Shown here in pieces: positions 33,153-45,178 of a stretch of DNA of 64,000 nucleotides. This stretch comes from Schizosaccharomyces osmophilus. Lineage: Eukaryota. The DNA lies in the NCBI RefSeq assembly GCF_027921745.1, contig NC_079238.1, positions 4,278,001 to 4,342,000 of the forward strand. The letters run 5' to 3'. Position 1 is the first letter of the stretch. Each line of letters opens with the position of its first letter. The position numbers and the translations under genes were made by a program. The notes beneath the pieces are model-generated. The model searched no databases, was not told the origin of the DNA, and worked only from the letters and a program-made list of their open reading frames with translations.

Positions 33153-34022
33153 TTTGGGTTACCTTCCAAGATGCGATATTGGAAATTGTCAGAATCAAAA
33201 AAAAAGACTTTTTGCCTACGTAAGGGAAAGACCGGCTTTTCCGCGGTTCATATTATCATATAATCGAGGTTCCCGCGGTTCTTGTGGCGTATAAAAACAC
33301 TGCGCTATAGGTTGTTCGGAAATGCGTTATATTCTCGTATCCCGATTTACCAACGTTTTTTTGTTTCTCCGTAAGTGGACTCCTATGTGCTTTTTCTTAC
33401 TATATTTTTGTATACTGGAAGGATATGAATTTTCATCTTCTTGCATCAATTTTTTCAATAGCTTCATATATGAATAAATAGTATATTGACAAACTCATAG
33501 AGGACTTGGAATTACTTCTGTATCGTCAAGTCATCATAGGCAGCAACTGAATAAACAAATTCCAAAAGTAAGGGCAACCAAAGAAACCGTCATTAACAAA
33601 CAGGAAGGCTTTAACTTTTTTTAAAAAGGTCTGGTTAAAGAAAGTAGTCGTGTTTGTTTGAAAGTCTTGAGATGAGTATGAGACGTATGTCTTTTGCCTT
33701 GGTAGTCGCTAGTCTTGCAATGGCGAGCATTTCTGCTTCCCAATCCGACTTCAAAGCAAAGTTTTAGAAAAGAAAGAACAAATTAAAAAACACGGATGAC
33801 AGTCATTCTCTCACATAGACTGCAAGGACCTTGGAATTGCAAAAACAAAAATGTATCGTTTATAAGGAAATAGGATGAAGCAGACAAAGTCATAACAAAA
33901 TTTATTAAAAACAAAACGTTAAAAAGGAAAAATTAATGATAGTCGGTTCCGATTCGTTACAATCGTAGGCAAATAAGATTACAGAACAAAATAAATTCGA
34001 GACTCATCAAGCAGTGAAAGTT

Positions 34023-34904
34023 TTAAAACAGAAAAGGAATCACTGCAAGGCGGTCTTCAGGGTAACGCGAGAAATGGGAACGATACCAAGAATGGATTCG
34101 ATAGGCGCGTGGGAGCATTAAGAGGATCTCGGCCAAAAAGAACCACCAGATGGGTTCTGCTTGCATACCAGCGGCCAAGTAGCAGCCAAACCACTCGATC
34201 CATTCACAAAAATAGTTGGGACAAGAGACATAGGTGAATAGACCACCGTAAGGAATCTTGTAATGAGATTGAAAGGAAGAAACAACCTCCTCCTCATTAG
34301 AATGAGATGGCAGGATAGTCGAAGACGAAGAATTGGTTTGCTGAGCTTTAGAAAGTGGGCGTCGCCGAAGGTCATAAAGTATATTGTCATGATATATGTT
34401 GCCAATCCAGCCGAAAAACCATAAGCATCCACCTACAATGAACCAAGGCAAAGAAATTGGGTGATGTTGTACGGTGGCCTGAAGCAAGTATAAACCAATG
34501 GACATTCCGTTTAGAAAGTTGAATAAAATGGCAGAAACGAATACAGTCCAATGCATAGGTGAAACGTGAGGAGCAAAGATAAGCGGACTCACAATAGCAC
34601 GATTGGCATAATGAATCAAAAACATAAATGCTAATACTTTACGAAATGGGTCCAAGTCATGCAAGGATAGATCCCCTACAAACCCAGGAGCCAGAGAGTG
34701 GTTTCTCTGTTGTAATGCATAGAGAAAAGTAACGGGAGCTACTAATTCCATAAGTATCCAACCAAGACGGCCTGGCACATAGCCTTTAGAGAACCATAGT
34801 GTTGGTTGAGCTAGTTTTCCATGAGGAGCATTTACAAAGAGCACAAATGGAAACACACCCACAACATATGTCTGAAATAAATTTAAATAATCGCTATACA
34901 ACAT
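34023..34904 (-). CDS. 3-oxo-5-alpha-steroid 4-dehydrogenase (steroid 5-alpha-reductase family) membrane protein
   Basis: GWILME, HYANRA, NIYHDNIL and YKIPYGGLFTYVSCPNYFCEWIEW motifs. Confidence 0.9.
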   Translation of the reverse strand: MLYSDYLNLFQTYVVGVFPFVLFVNAPHGKLAQPTLWFSKGYVPGRLGWILMELVAPVTFLYALQQRNHSLAPGFVGDLSLHDLDPFRKVLAFMFLIHYANRAIVSPLIFAPHVSPMHWTVFVSAILFNFLNGMSIGLYLLQATVQHHPISLPWFIVGGCLWFFGWIGNIYHDNILYDLRRRPLSKAQQTNSSSSTILPSHSNEEEVVSSFQSHYKIPYGGLFTYVSCPNYFCEWIEWFGCYLAAGMQAEPIWWFFLAEILLMLPRAYRIHSWYRSHFSRYPEDRLAVIPFLF

Positions 34905-35386
34905 TTGACACCTTTATGAATGACTTGCTTTTCTTTCTATCTTAATTGACTTAAATAATCACGCATGCTTTGAAAATTGCTGCACCTGTATGCAGTCGAA
35001 TGTACTTTCAATTTGATCAAACTCACACCATAGCAAGATGAATTTTTGATATAGTAAATCTGATCCAATCCTTTCTTCTTTCGATAATGGAAGTGACTGG
35101 CTTTTATAGCGGTAGTGATTGTGGGGGCTGGGGCTTTCGGGCGTATATAAATAGAAACCAGCCCGAACATACTTGCCTTGCACGACACGCATCAAAGGTA
35201 AAGCAAATTCTCTTCGTTCCCTCAGGAAGAAGTTTCTTTTCCTTACTTATTCTTTTCTTTCCTAATATTATATTTTTTCTCGAAAAAAATATACCCAAAA
35301 TACCTCATATTTAGATTAGTGATCTGTTAGAGTCATTAATCGTTTCATACATTTAGTTCCAAATACTATCCACATAGATATTCAGT

Positions 35387-37684
35387 ATGGTTCAATCTGC
35401 TGTCTTGGGTTTCCCCCGTATCGGTAAAAACCGTGAATTAAAAAAGGCTACTGAAGCTTACTGGAGCGGTAAGATTTCCGCCGATGAGTTGAATACTGCC
35501 GCTAAGAACTTGCGTTTGGAGCATTGGAAGCTTCAAAAGGATCAAGGTGTAGACATTGTTCCTTCTAATGACTTCTCTTTCTATGATCAAATTATGGATC
35601 ACTCCTTCACTTTTAACGCTATTCCCGAACGTTATCTCAAATATGATTTGACTCCTTTGGATACCTATTTCGCTATGGGTCGTGGTATGCAACGTCCTGC
35701 TGCCGATGGCAAGCCAGCTGTCGATGTTCCTTCTCAAGAAATGGTCAAGTGGTTTGATTCCAACTATCACTTCTTGAGACCCGAAGTTTCTGACAAGACT
35801 GAGTTCAAGTTGAACTCTACGAAGGCTGTCGATGAGTTCCTCGAGGCTAAGCAAGCTAACATTCAAACCCGTCCCGTCTTGTTGGGCCCTGTCACTTTCT
35901 TGTACCTTGCAAAGGCTACCAAGGAATCCTCTGTCAAGCCCATTGACCTTTTGCCCAAGCTTGCTTCTGCTTACGTTGAACTTTTGAAGAAGCTTGTTGA
36001 AGCCGGTGCCGAATCCGTTCAAATCGATGAGCCCATTCTCGCTCTCGATTTGCCCAAGGAGGTTCTCGACAGCTACAAGTCCACCTACGAAACCCTTGCT
36101 CAAGCCGGTGCTAAGCTCATCTTGACTACCTACTTTGGTCCTTTGAAGCAAAACATTGAAATCTTGAAGGGCCTTCCTGTTGCTGGTATCCACATCGATG
36201 TTTGCCGTGCTCCTGAGAATTTGGACGATACTCTTTCTATTCTTAGTGACAAGCAAGTTCTTTCTGTCGGTATTGTCTCTGGCCGTAACATTTGGAAGAC
36301 TGATTTCCAAAAGGCCGTTGCCGTTATCGAAAAGGCTATTGCTGCCGTTGGCAGCGAGCGCGTTATCGTCGCTTCTTCTTCTAGCATTCTCCATATCCCT
36401 CACTCCCTTTCTGGTGAAGACCAGTTGAAGCCTGAAATCAAGCGCTGGTTCGCTTTTGCCGTCGAGAAGTGTGCTGAATTAGCCATCTTGACCAAGGCTG
36501 TTAATGAGGGTCCTGCTTCCGTTCGTAAAGAACTTGAAGCTAATGCTGCTGATGCTAAGGCTCGTGCTGAGTCCCCCATCACCAACGTTAAGGCTGTTCG
36601 TGACCGCCAAGCTGCTGTCACCCCTGAAATGCACACCCGTGCTACTCCCTTCGAAAAACGTTACTCCCTTCAGCAAGAATCTCTTAAACTCCCTCAATTC
36701 CCTACTACTACCATTGGTTCTTTCCCTCAAACTAAGGAGATTCGTGTTACCAGAAACAAGTTCGTTAAGGGTTTGATTTCTGCTGAAGAATATGACGCTT
36801 TCATTCGCAATGAAATTACTGACGTTGTCAAGTTCCAAGAGAACATTGGTCTTGATGTCTTGGTCCATGGTGAGCCCGAACGTAACGATATGGTTCAATA
36901 CTTTGGTGAAAAGATGGAAGGCTTTGTTTTCACTGTTAACGGTTGGGTGCAATCTTACGGATCTCGTTGTGTCCGTCCCCCTATCATTGTTGGTGATGTT
37001 TCCCGTCCCGGTCCCATGACTGTCAAGGAGTCTGCTTTTGCTCAATCCGTCACCTCCAAGCCAATGAAGGGTATGCTTACCGCTCCCATCACCATTTTGA
37101 GATGGTCCTTCCCTCGTGATGATGTTGAAGAATCTATTCAAGCTCAACAAATCGCCCTCGGGTTAAGAGATGAAGTTTTGGACCTTGAAAAGGCTGGCGT
37201 TCGTGTCATCCAGTGTGATGAACCCGCTTTGCGTGAGGGTCTTCCTCTCCGCCGTGCCGACTGGGCTCAGTATGTCGACTATGCTGTCAAGGCTTTCCGT
37301 TTGGCTACTGGTGGAGTTAAGGATGACACTCAAATTCACTCTCATTTCTGTTACTCTGACTTTAATGACATTTTTGATGCTATTCAAGGATTGGATGCTG
37401 ACGTTGTATCCATTGAAAACTCCAAGTCTGATATGAAGTTGATGTCTGTCCTTAGCAACTACAAGTCTTGTATTGGACCTGGTCTTTTTGACATTCACTC
37501 TCCTCGTGTTCCTCCTGTTGAGGAATTCAAGGAACGTATTGATGCTCTTATTAAGTCCGTTCCTAAAAACCGTCTTTGGATCAACCCTGACTGTGGTTTG
37601 AAGACTCGCGGCTGGCCCGAGACCACTGCTGACTTGGAAAACATGATTGTGGCTACCCGAATTGCTCGCAATGAGAATGCTTAA
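35387..37684 (+). CDS. met26: Cobalamin-independent methionine synthase (MetE)
   Basis: LGFPRIG, KWFDSNYH, TTTIGSFPQT, HGEPERNDMVQYF, IHSHFCYS and NPDCGLKTR motifs; strong codon bias. Confidence 0.98.
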   Translation: MVQSAVLGFPRIGKNRELKKATEAYWSGKISADELNTAAKNLRLEHWKLQKDQGVDIVPSNDFSFYDQIMDHSFTFNAIPERYLKYDLTPLDTYFAMGRGMQRPAADGKPAVDVPSQEMVKWFDSNYHFLRPEVSDKTEFKLNSTKAVDEFLEAKQANIQTRPVLLGPVTFLYLAKATKESSVKPIDLLPKLASAYVELLKKLVEAGAESVQIDEPILALDLPKEVLDSYKSTYETLAQAGAKLILTTYFGPLKQNIEILKGLPVAGIHIDVCRAPENLDDTLSILSDKQVLSVGIVSGRNIWKTDFQKAVAVIEKAIAAVGSERVIVASSSSILHIPHSLSGEDQLKPEIKRWFAFAVEKCAELAILTKAVNEGPASVRKELEANAADAKARAESPITNVKAVRDRQAAVTPEMHTRATPFEKRYSLQQESLKLPQFPTTTIGSFPQTKEIRVTRNKFVKGLISAEEYDAFIRNEITDVVKFQENIGLDVLVHGEPERNDMVQYFGEKMEGFVFTVNGWVQSYGSRCVRPPIIVGDVSRPGPMTVKESAFAQSVTSKPMKGMLTAPITILRWSFPRDDVEESIQAQQIALGLRDEVLDLEKAGVRVIQCDEPALREGLPLRRADWAQYVDYAVKAFRLATGGVKDDTQIHSHFCYSDFNDIFDAIQGLDADVVSIENSKSDMKLMSVLSNYKSCIGPGLFDIHSPRVPPVEEFKERIDALIKSVPKNRLWINPDCGLKTRGWPETTADLENMIVATRIARNENA

Positions 37685-39894
37685 GGTTAGCAGAATGGTG
37701 TTAACATTCAAGTAGGCATGGTAATGTATACTTAATAAGGAATGAAAAAAGAAAATAAAGGTTGGTTGTTAACCTTCAACATGGTTAACCGGTAATGAAA
37801 CGATTTACGCTACGATAATGTTTCTAAAACCGCATAGCTGTTTTCTCATCAACTGAGGGTAACAAGTTGATAAATTTTTGCTATGCGTTGGCATCTTTTG
37901 TCTAATTCTTTTTAATAATAGATTAAGAAATTGCATTGTTCTTTCTACAGTTAATTACTAAGTGTCAAGGTAGAAGGAGTAGAGAAGTTGGTCGAAAAAA
38001 AAAAATTTCTGGTTAGTACTGGTATTGACTGTATGTAGGTCATTAATATTCTGACAGTAAAAGTGTTTAGCTGTAACCCTAGCTTATGAACCATTTTTTT
38101 TATATTGAATTGACTGTTTAAAAACATTGGTATGAAAGAAAAGCAGTATAAATTATTAGACATGAGCTAAAATTGGAAAAGAGAGATTTGGCGGGTATTT
38201 AATGCATATCTATTTAAGCTTTTTATGTTTGATCACTTTTGAATTCCTTTTTCGTTTTTTTCATCGGCGGGTGCGAATAAAAAACGACGTATAATAGCAA
38301 AAAAATAAGATTCCAAGATTAATCGCTTTTCCAATTATTAGTATTTCTTTACCAGTAAGACGGAAACTATACTTATAAATTCCTGGTATGGGAAGTTTCA
38401 GTGCATGTCAATGCTTCTTTTATTTATCTATCTACTAGCATGTGAAATGTAAGAGCCTTAGCGCTGACTAGAATGCTTCATTGTTTTATGTTTCGATGAG
38501 AGAAGACACTTTTTTTTTTCCTATGAACTTATTAAGAGACGTTGTATTCTTCTATGTATTACTTTTTTTGATACTTTTTTAGGTGCTTGGTAGGTAAAAC
38601 TGTCTGAAGTCGAGGATAAAGGCTAATGCTTGTTCGATGAAAACTCGGTTTTATCTGACAAAAATTGGTTCTTTCACCTGAAAAAAGTGAGATAGAAGCA
38701 AGCATATAAGATATATGGATGGATCAAATAGTCCTGAACATTTACGAAACAGACGATATAGTCTGCTTTCAACGGACAAATAACACGATAGTATGATAGA
38801 ATGATATTTCGCTTTATTATTTCTTGTTTACTGTCACAGGACGAATCTCACTTGTTATGAGAATAAGTATTCAGTGGAAAAGATGTAAGTAATAACAATT
38901 CATAAAATTGTATGTTTGACTTTTAAATTGGATACTTTTGTACTATAGAAGAATAGTAACAGCTTCCAGGGATCTGATTCACTAAGTAAGTTGTATGAAC
39001 AATTTTATTTAGCTAGATCAGTCAAATCTTCCAATCTGAAGATTTGAGCTTTCCATTAGAGGTATATATATCTTTCTAGGATTAGTCAGTTTCTATATAA
39101 CCTTAGTTCTAGATTTATAAAATTTTCAATCGCAAAAATGAACATTTAGTTTTGTAATAACGTATTTGATAATACAATACATTTATTGTATCAAGATATT
39201 AGTAATATCGTATACCGGTTATGACATTTACAAGATGTGCACTTTGACATTCTAAAGAGTTAGTAAATGAAAATTATTTGGTTACAAGAGGGTTTCTATA
39301 TTTGTTACGAGAGGATTTAACTTGCTTTTTATAAAGGACTTTCTCCACCAAATCTCTATTGTCATTATTCAGGTAAACTAGTTCAACGGTAGAATATGTA
39401 GTAGAAGCATCAAGTGAATCGTATACGCAAACGAAAAATTCACACAGAAGAGTTTTATAACTCGTCAAGTAAACTTATTTGCAACTATAAATTATTCTGT
39501 TATAAATTTATGAAAAATCTCCACAATACCATGTTTACGACTTTGTCATGACTAGAGTAGAATACAAAGAACATTGTTACTTAATTGATCTCTTTAGGAT
39601 GATTATCGATGGAAAACTGCTATATATCTATCGCTTGCAGGTACCCGTAGACCCTGATATATAAGAAACCGTTCAAATGACTTAAATATCGTTTATAAAC
39701 AATTCAATTCATTTATTGGCGTTTTTCCTTTTGCAGGCGCCATTTTTCTCATAATTAGCACCTTTGATTGTTGCTGTAGCGCTTTGTTTCAAAAGATCAA
39801 TCTCGTAAAGAGTCTGTACCAAAAAAAAGAAAAAAAGTTGCGAAATCTTCTTTTTATTGAATTCTAGCTTTGTTATTACGTGGAATTCCCGGTC

Positions 39895-41673
39895 ATGTCG
39901 AGCGTTGCAAAGGCTGAAGAGCCTATAGATGGAGATTTGAATGTTCAGCAAAGATCGAATACTCCGAACTCTAGCATTTTCTCAAACGAAAATCAAAATC
40001 AAAATGAAAAAGTAAAAGTGATTCATGAAACAAATGTTGGTAAACATGAACAGGCAGATGGGTTTTCCTCGGATGCCGACAGCGACGAGGCATTGATAAG
40101 AAGTATGGGTTATAAGCCAGTACTTCACCGGACCTTCAGGTTTTTTGAGAGCTTTGCCGCTAGTTTTGCTGCCATGGATGTTGTCAGTGGAGTTCGTCTT
40201 ACATTCAGTTACGGTGTCACATTTGGTGGACCAGCTGCATACTGGGTAAGTATGCTGGTTACGGGCGTGTGCTCTACAATTACCGCGGCCTCTTTAGCTG
40301 AATTTTGTTCTGCCCTACCTACATCTGGATCAGTCTATCTTTGGGCCGCTGAGGCAGGGGGACCCCAACTTGGACGATTTTTCAGCTTTTTGGTTGCTTG
40401 GTGGTCGACGACTGCGTGGACAACATTCGTTGCCTCAACTTCACAGTCTTGTGTAAACTTTATTTTTGGCGAAGTTAGCGCTTTCGGAGGCAGTTGGTCG
40501 ACCGATGACTCCAACGTGAAATTTCGTGCAGTCCAATGGATAATTGCTGAAGTTGTTTTGGCATTGGTAATTCTTCTTAACCAGGTTCCGCCACGTTACT
40601 ACAAGTGGATCTTTAAAATCTCTATGGCCCTCATTTTTATTGATTATATTCTAAATTTGATTTGGCTTCCCATCGCTACCTCTAAAAAAAGCCACGGATT
40701 CCAATCTGCCAAGTGGGTATTTACAGAAACAATATACGATCAAGCCGGCTATAGCAAAGAAGTTTATGATACAAATGGAAATATCGACACGAACTTGTCC
40801 AAGTTGGTTCCCAAAGGCTGGCAATGGTGTCTTGCTTATTTTGCATCCGCTGGTGTCATCGTCGGTTACGATGCTTCAGGGCACATCGCTGAAGAAACCA
40901 AAGATGCTTCAAATAAAGCTGCTCGAGGAATCTTCTTTTCCGCTCTTACATCTTCCATTGTCGCTTTTAGTCTTACCATCCTCTTTTTGTTCTGCTGCCC
41001 TCCATTGGATACTTTTAACAACATTATGTACAGTACTGCTTCGCCTCAACCATTTGTCAGCTTTTATTCCTATGTGTTGGGACGTGGTGGTCATGTCGTT
41101 ATGAATGTGATTATTATCTTAGAATTATTTTTAAATGCCGTGATTGGTGTCCTGGCTTGCAGCCGTTTGGTTTTCGGCGTCGCTCGGGATGGTGTCTTGC
41201 CTTTCTCGGGTTGGATCAGTCAGGTTAGTAAAGGGGGACAACCAAAGAATGCTATTACTGTAATTTTTATTGTTTCTGCTTTACTCCTTTGTACCATATT
41301 GCCCAGTTCTGTTGCCTTTTCTTCCCTTGTTTCCGCGGCCGGTGCGCCCAGCTTTGCTTGCTATGCACTTCTTGCTTTTGGCCGTTTGTTCATTACCCGT
41401 GATAAATTCCCAAAAGGTAAGTGGTCTTTGGGAGTCTTTAGCAAACCTTGTATGGTGGTTTCACTTCTTTACAACTCGTTTGTATTTATTGTCAACATTT
41501 CCCCTTATTCTTACCCTGTCACTGGTTCCGACTTCAATTATGCCATTGTCATCACTGGAGCTGTCTCTATATTTGCAGTTATATGTACTTTAGTGATTCC
41601 GCGTTCTCGATGGCTTGCTAATCGCTATCGATATGATCAAAGTATTTCTTCTACCGACAAGAGTGAAAAATGA
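39895..41673 (+). CDS. thi9: APC-family amino-acid/thiamine permease
   Basis: MGYKPVLHRTF, SLAEFCSALPTSG, GYDASGHIAEET, ARDGVLPFS and about 12 hydrophobic segments. First ATG is at 39895. The thi9 name rests on recalled synteny after met26. Confidence 0.85.
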   Translation: MSSVAKAEEPIDGDLNVQQRSNTPNSSIFSNENQNQNEKVKVIHETNVGKHEQADGFSSDADSDEALIRSMGYKPVLHRTFRFFESFAASFAAMDVVSGVRLTFSYGVTFGGPAAYWVSMLVTGVCSTITAASLAEFCSALPTSGSVYLWAAEAGGPQLGRFFSFLVAWWSTTAWTTFVASTSQSCVNFIFGEVSAFGGSWSTDDSNVKFRAVQWIIAEVVLALVILLNQVPPRYYKWIFKISMALIFIDYILNLIWLPIATSKKSHGFQSAKWVFTETIYDQAGYSKEVYDTNGNIDTNLSKLVPKGWQWCLAYFASAGVIVGYDASGHIAEETKDASNKAARGIFFSALTSSIVAFSLTILFLFCCPPLDTFNNIMYSTASPQPFVSFYSYVLGRGGHVVMNVIIILELFLNAVIGVLACSRLVFGVARDGVLPFSGWISQVSKGGQPKNAITVIFIVSALLLCTILPSSVAFSSLVSAAGAPSFACYALLAFGRLFITRDKFPKGKWSLGVFSKPCMVVSLLYNSFVFIVNISPYSYPVTGSDFNYAIVITGAVSIFAVICTLVIPRSRWLANRYRYDQSISSTDKSEK

Positions 41674-42054
41674 TTGCTTACGTTCGCAAGTGAATGCAAA
41701 ATTTATACCAACATGTAATTCGTCTTTTCTTATATTTCCTGTGGTATCCAAATGAAGCATCAGCCCGAAGGTTTGCGGATTTTGTTTGATATTGAAACAG
41801 TGTTTTTCTAGTTTTTCTTTTCTTTTTTTGTGCTCATGGATGAGCAATAAAAGCCTTTTTTGGGGATTGCTAATTGTTTTGTTTTAATAAAAATTGGTTT
41901 ATTGATATGAGGTATTGGGAACAGTATTGATGGAGGCATAGAACCAGGAGTGTTGAAGAAGTAAACTTTTGTAAGCATACATTCCTTCAGCACGAGAAGC
42001 AGCACTTTGTTTTATGACTCAGAAAGCTAAACTAAATAGAAAAAAAAATTTAAC

Positions 42055-42135
42055 TGCTTCTGGTGAGGCTCGAACTCACGACCTTCCCCTTTCATCTTAT
42101 GAGAGGGACGCTACCACCAACTGAGCTACAGAAGC
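42055..42135 (-). tRNA. tRNA-Met(CAT), elongator type, with ~7-nt intron
   Basis: Reverse complement GCTTCTGTAGCTCAGTTGGTGGTAGCGTCCCTCTCATA[agatgaa]AGGGGAAGGTCGTGAGTTCGAGCCTCACCAGAAGCA; G1-C72 pair and a TTCGA T-loop. Confidence 0.92.
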
Positions 42136-43010
42136 TTTGCTGATGAATGCGATAGCATGCTATCATATAAGATACAAAAAAGGGAAGTACTGTTAGGTTT
42201 GTAGAATGTAAATGAAAACGAAACTGGTGCACTGAGTTATTCATATCTTTTTTCTGTAAGATGGGTTTGTTAGCGATTCAAAAAGAGTCTATCTTGTGCG
42301 GACTGTCGACATCCGGTTTGTTCAGGACAGGGAAATAAATACATAATTCAACGGCAGTACTGGGATGATAGATTTAAGTTGATATTCACAGGACTCCCTC
42401 TTCCGTTTTATAAACGATGTGCCTTAAGGGGCGATGCCAGAAAAACGCTACTGTAGGATCCAAGAAATAGTCAGTTCGTACTAATGATCTTTTATGCTAT
42501 GCACTGTTTGCTGGATTTTATAAATAAAAATTAGATACAAAGATTCCTGCTTTGGTTATGAACACGGCCTCTTACTATTAAAGATATTAAAGAACCTTTG
42601 ATTCATAAAGTCAAATTCATTTGCAAGCACACTTTAATAATTAACATACAGCAATTCAAATATATTATTTAAGACAAGAATACATTCCGTCATGTATATC
42701 GCACGTTTTATATATTTCGAAAACCTCTGTTTCCTACAATTTCTTGTTTGTTTATTTACTAAGAACGTCCAAGGTGATCGTAAAATGCAAACATCTGCGA
42801 AATCGCAGCTTCTTGATTTCCTACTGTAAACAAAAAGACTTAAACAAAAAACCAACATCTTTTGTTAAATTATAACCCTCTCTTCCTTCTGTGTGTCTTG
42901 CATTTGCTACTTGATTTGATTACTGTTTTTTTTTTTTTTTTTGGAGGTTTACTGTTTCGCGGATTTCACTTGTTGCTGAAAATCCCTAATTGCCTATTAT
43001 ATTGCATAAA

Positions 43011-44057
43011 ATGTCTTTTCCATTCGTTTCTGATGTTTCAAAAGACCCTTTAGGTAGGTTGTGATTTGGTTGTGGTATCAGAAAAGTTTACTAATGAGTC
43101 ATATTCATAGAATACGAGTATATAGAAGAAGATATGCCCATGGGCTCCTCTACGCCTACTAAATCACAATCAGGAAATGGCTCCTCACGAGGGTTCGATG
43201 GCTCTCATCAACAACGTCTTCAAGAGGCGCTCTTCGAGTTAAACCAAGAATCCATGCATTCCATTCATTTGAGCATAGACGAGTCTATATCTGAAAATAA
43301 CAATATATTAAACGATAGAGAACTCCAGCACCCTACCTCTTCTTCTCTACCACAAAAAGATGCACCCGCAGAAAGTCCCTCGAAATTGAAAACTCCCATG
43401 AGCAGCTGCTTTGAGGAATGGTTGCCATCGTCCAAATACAAATATTCAAGTCCTACAAAGAGTCCTACTAGGTTTCTTGCTCCCACATCTCCCACGAAGC
43501 GAGGTATTCCTCTAATGGCAATCAATGCAAATCAAATAACCCCTAAAAATCGCAGCCTTCATGGAAAAGCAAATTTCGAAAACTCCTCGTTACCTAGATC
43601 TATAGACCGAACATTCAACAGCTTTCGTACTCCTTCTCGCCCTGGGTTGCGAAAAGATTCCCCCTCCCCTTCTAAGACTGCCAACAAACAAGAATCGCTC
43701 AAAAAGAAAGATGGAACTCGTTGGAACAATCAATCATCCACCACCAATTCTATTCAAGGAGACGCCGTTTCGAGAGAGGATGCTGCATCAGAAACTGGTC
43801 AATCTTTCAATGCCTCCCCGTTTAGAAGCTTCATGGAGACTACTTTGGAGGAAAGTCTGGCGCATGATGATGCAACATGTCCTCATCTTGTCAGATTAGA
43901 AAAATTTCGAGAACTACTTTCCTTTGTTCAATTGGAGTTGCAATGTTATGTTGATCCGTACAAAAAAGAACTTCGAGAAGCCAAAGAACAGATAGCCTTA
44001 AAGGACCAAGAGTTGGAGATTTTACGAACTAAACTAAAGAATGCTGGTCTATCCTGA
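43011..44057 (+). CDS. Uncharacterised Ser/Pro-rich protein with C-terminal coiled coil; exons 43011-43053, 43111-44057 (329 aa)
   Basis: aaaATG at 43011 and intron GTAGGT 43054..TAG 43110 (branch CTAAT) join in frame to the 307-aa ORF. Many S/T-P sites and a heptad-like C-terminus. Confidence 0.8.
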
Positions 44058-44295
44058 TTCCTGTAGATATGTTGTTATGCGGGTTCTATGGCCGTTTTGT
44101 AAATTTTGTACTGTTTCATTATGTTGATTATTTAATCCTTACTCAATCTTTTTTATAATCTCTATTAATTCCTAATAAGATTTCAATAGCGTTTACATAA
44201 GTAATTTGTCCTACTAGCATATTCTGTAATGTGAAAAAGGCAAAATCAACCTCAAAATGATCAACAATCTGAAAGGAAAGAAAAGGTATCATTAT

Positions 44296-45178
44296 TTAGT
44301 TGGGAGTGTTTGCAAATCGAAAGATTAGTCCAGAACTTGAAACTTTCTGTCTCAAATCATGGTGATCCATTTCATGAACTACATTTTGTTAATAAGTCAG
44401 TCAAGTAAAAAATAGTCAAAAATAGCTTACCATCTTCTAAAGTACCCCATTTATTCGTTTGAAAACAAAGTTCCAAATTTGTTAGTTCAACCACTTCGTC
44501 AGATGATAGCTCGCCTTCAAGAAGTAGCGTTGACAAGATAAAGCTTTTGCTTGAAGCAACGCATCGCTCGAAGGCCGCTAACTGCCAAGGATTTAATGAA
44601 CTTAACCATTTTTGAATCTTATCATGCGTTTCTGTCGATTGTTTACACGCTACAAGTCCACCGTCGCCGTCCAGGTGTTTCAAGTGAACATCAAACTTTT
44701 CTTCAAATGCCTTCTTTAATGGAAGCCACTTCTTTTGTTGTTCTTTAAGAAGTTTTCCTTCATACTCTTCCGTAGGTGCGTAGACCAAAATGGTATCCGT
44801 GTCAATAAACTTTGTCACCTGGTCAAAAACTTTTGCCTTTTCACTTTCAAGCTCTGATACATCCATTGCCCTCGAAAAAAGCGATGTAACAGGAAGCATA
44901 TGTGGACGAATTGAACTTGATGGTAAACGATCCCATTCAAGAGCGACTAAATGAGCTAAAGGCCGCATAAAAGCGGGAATTTCCAGTATTTTCCCAGAGG
45001 GCGTTTTTATAGAACGTCCATCCAATTTCACAAACGCTTGCCCATTCTCGTTGGAGACGGATGTGTTTTTCCAAAAACGACGAAAGCCATCGGGGTTTCC
45101 ATTATTTTTGATTACAGTAGAGCAAAAATGTCTAGAAAACAGTTGTTTCTTTGCCAAAGTAATTCCACGCAGACTCAT
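44296..45178 (-). CDS. atp12: Mitochondrial F1-ATPase assembly chaperone Atp12; exons 45178-44431, 44378-44296
   Basis: RRFWK, LDGRSIKTP, ALEWD, DTDTIL, FQTNKWGTLEDVHEMD; intron 44430-44379. Confidence 0.94.

Noticed and set aside
35438..37711. Long antisense ORFs (321, 223, 182 aa) opposite met26
   Set aside because: They mirror a highly codon-biased gene, which depletes antisense stops, and have no recognisable protein features.
37700..39894. TPP riboswitch upstream of the thiamine transporter
   Set aside because: I found no CTGAGA plus GATCTGGATAATACCAGCG-like aptamer core by eye. An Rfam RF00059 scan would settle it.
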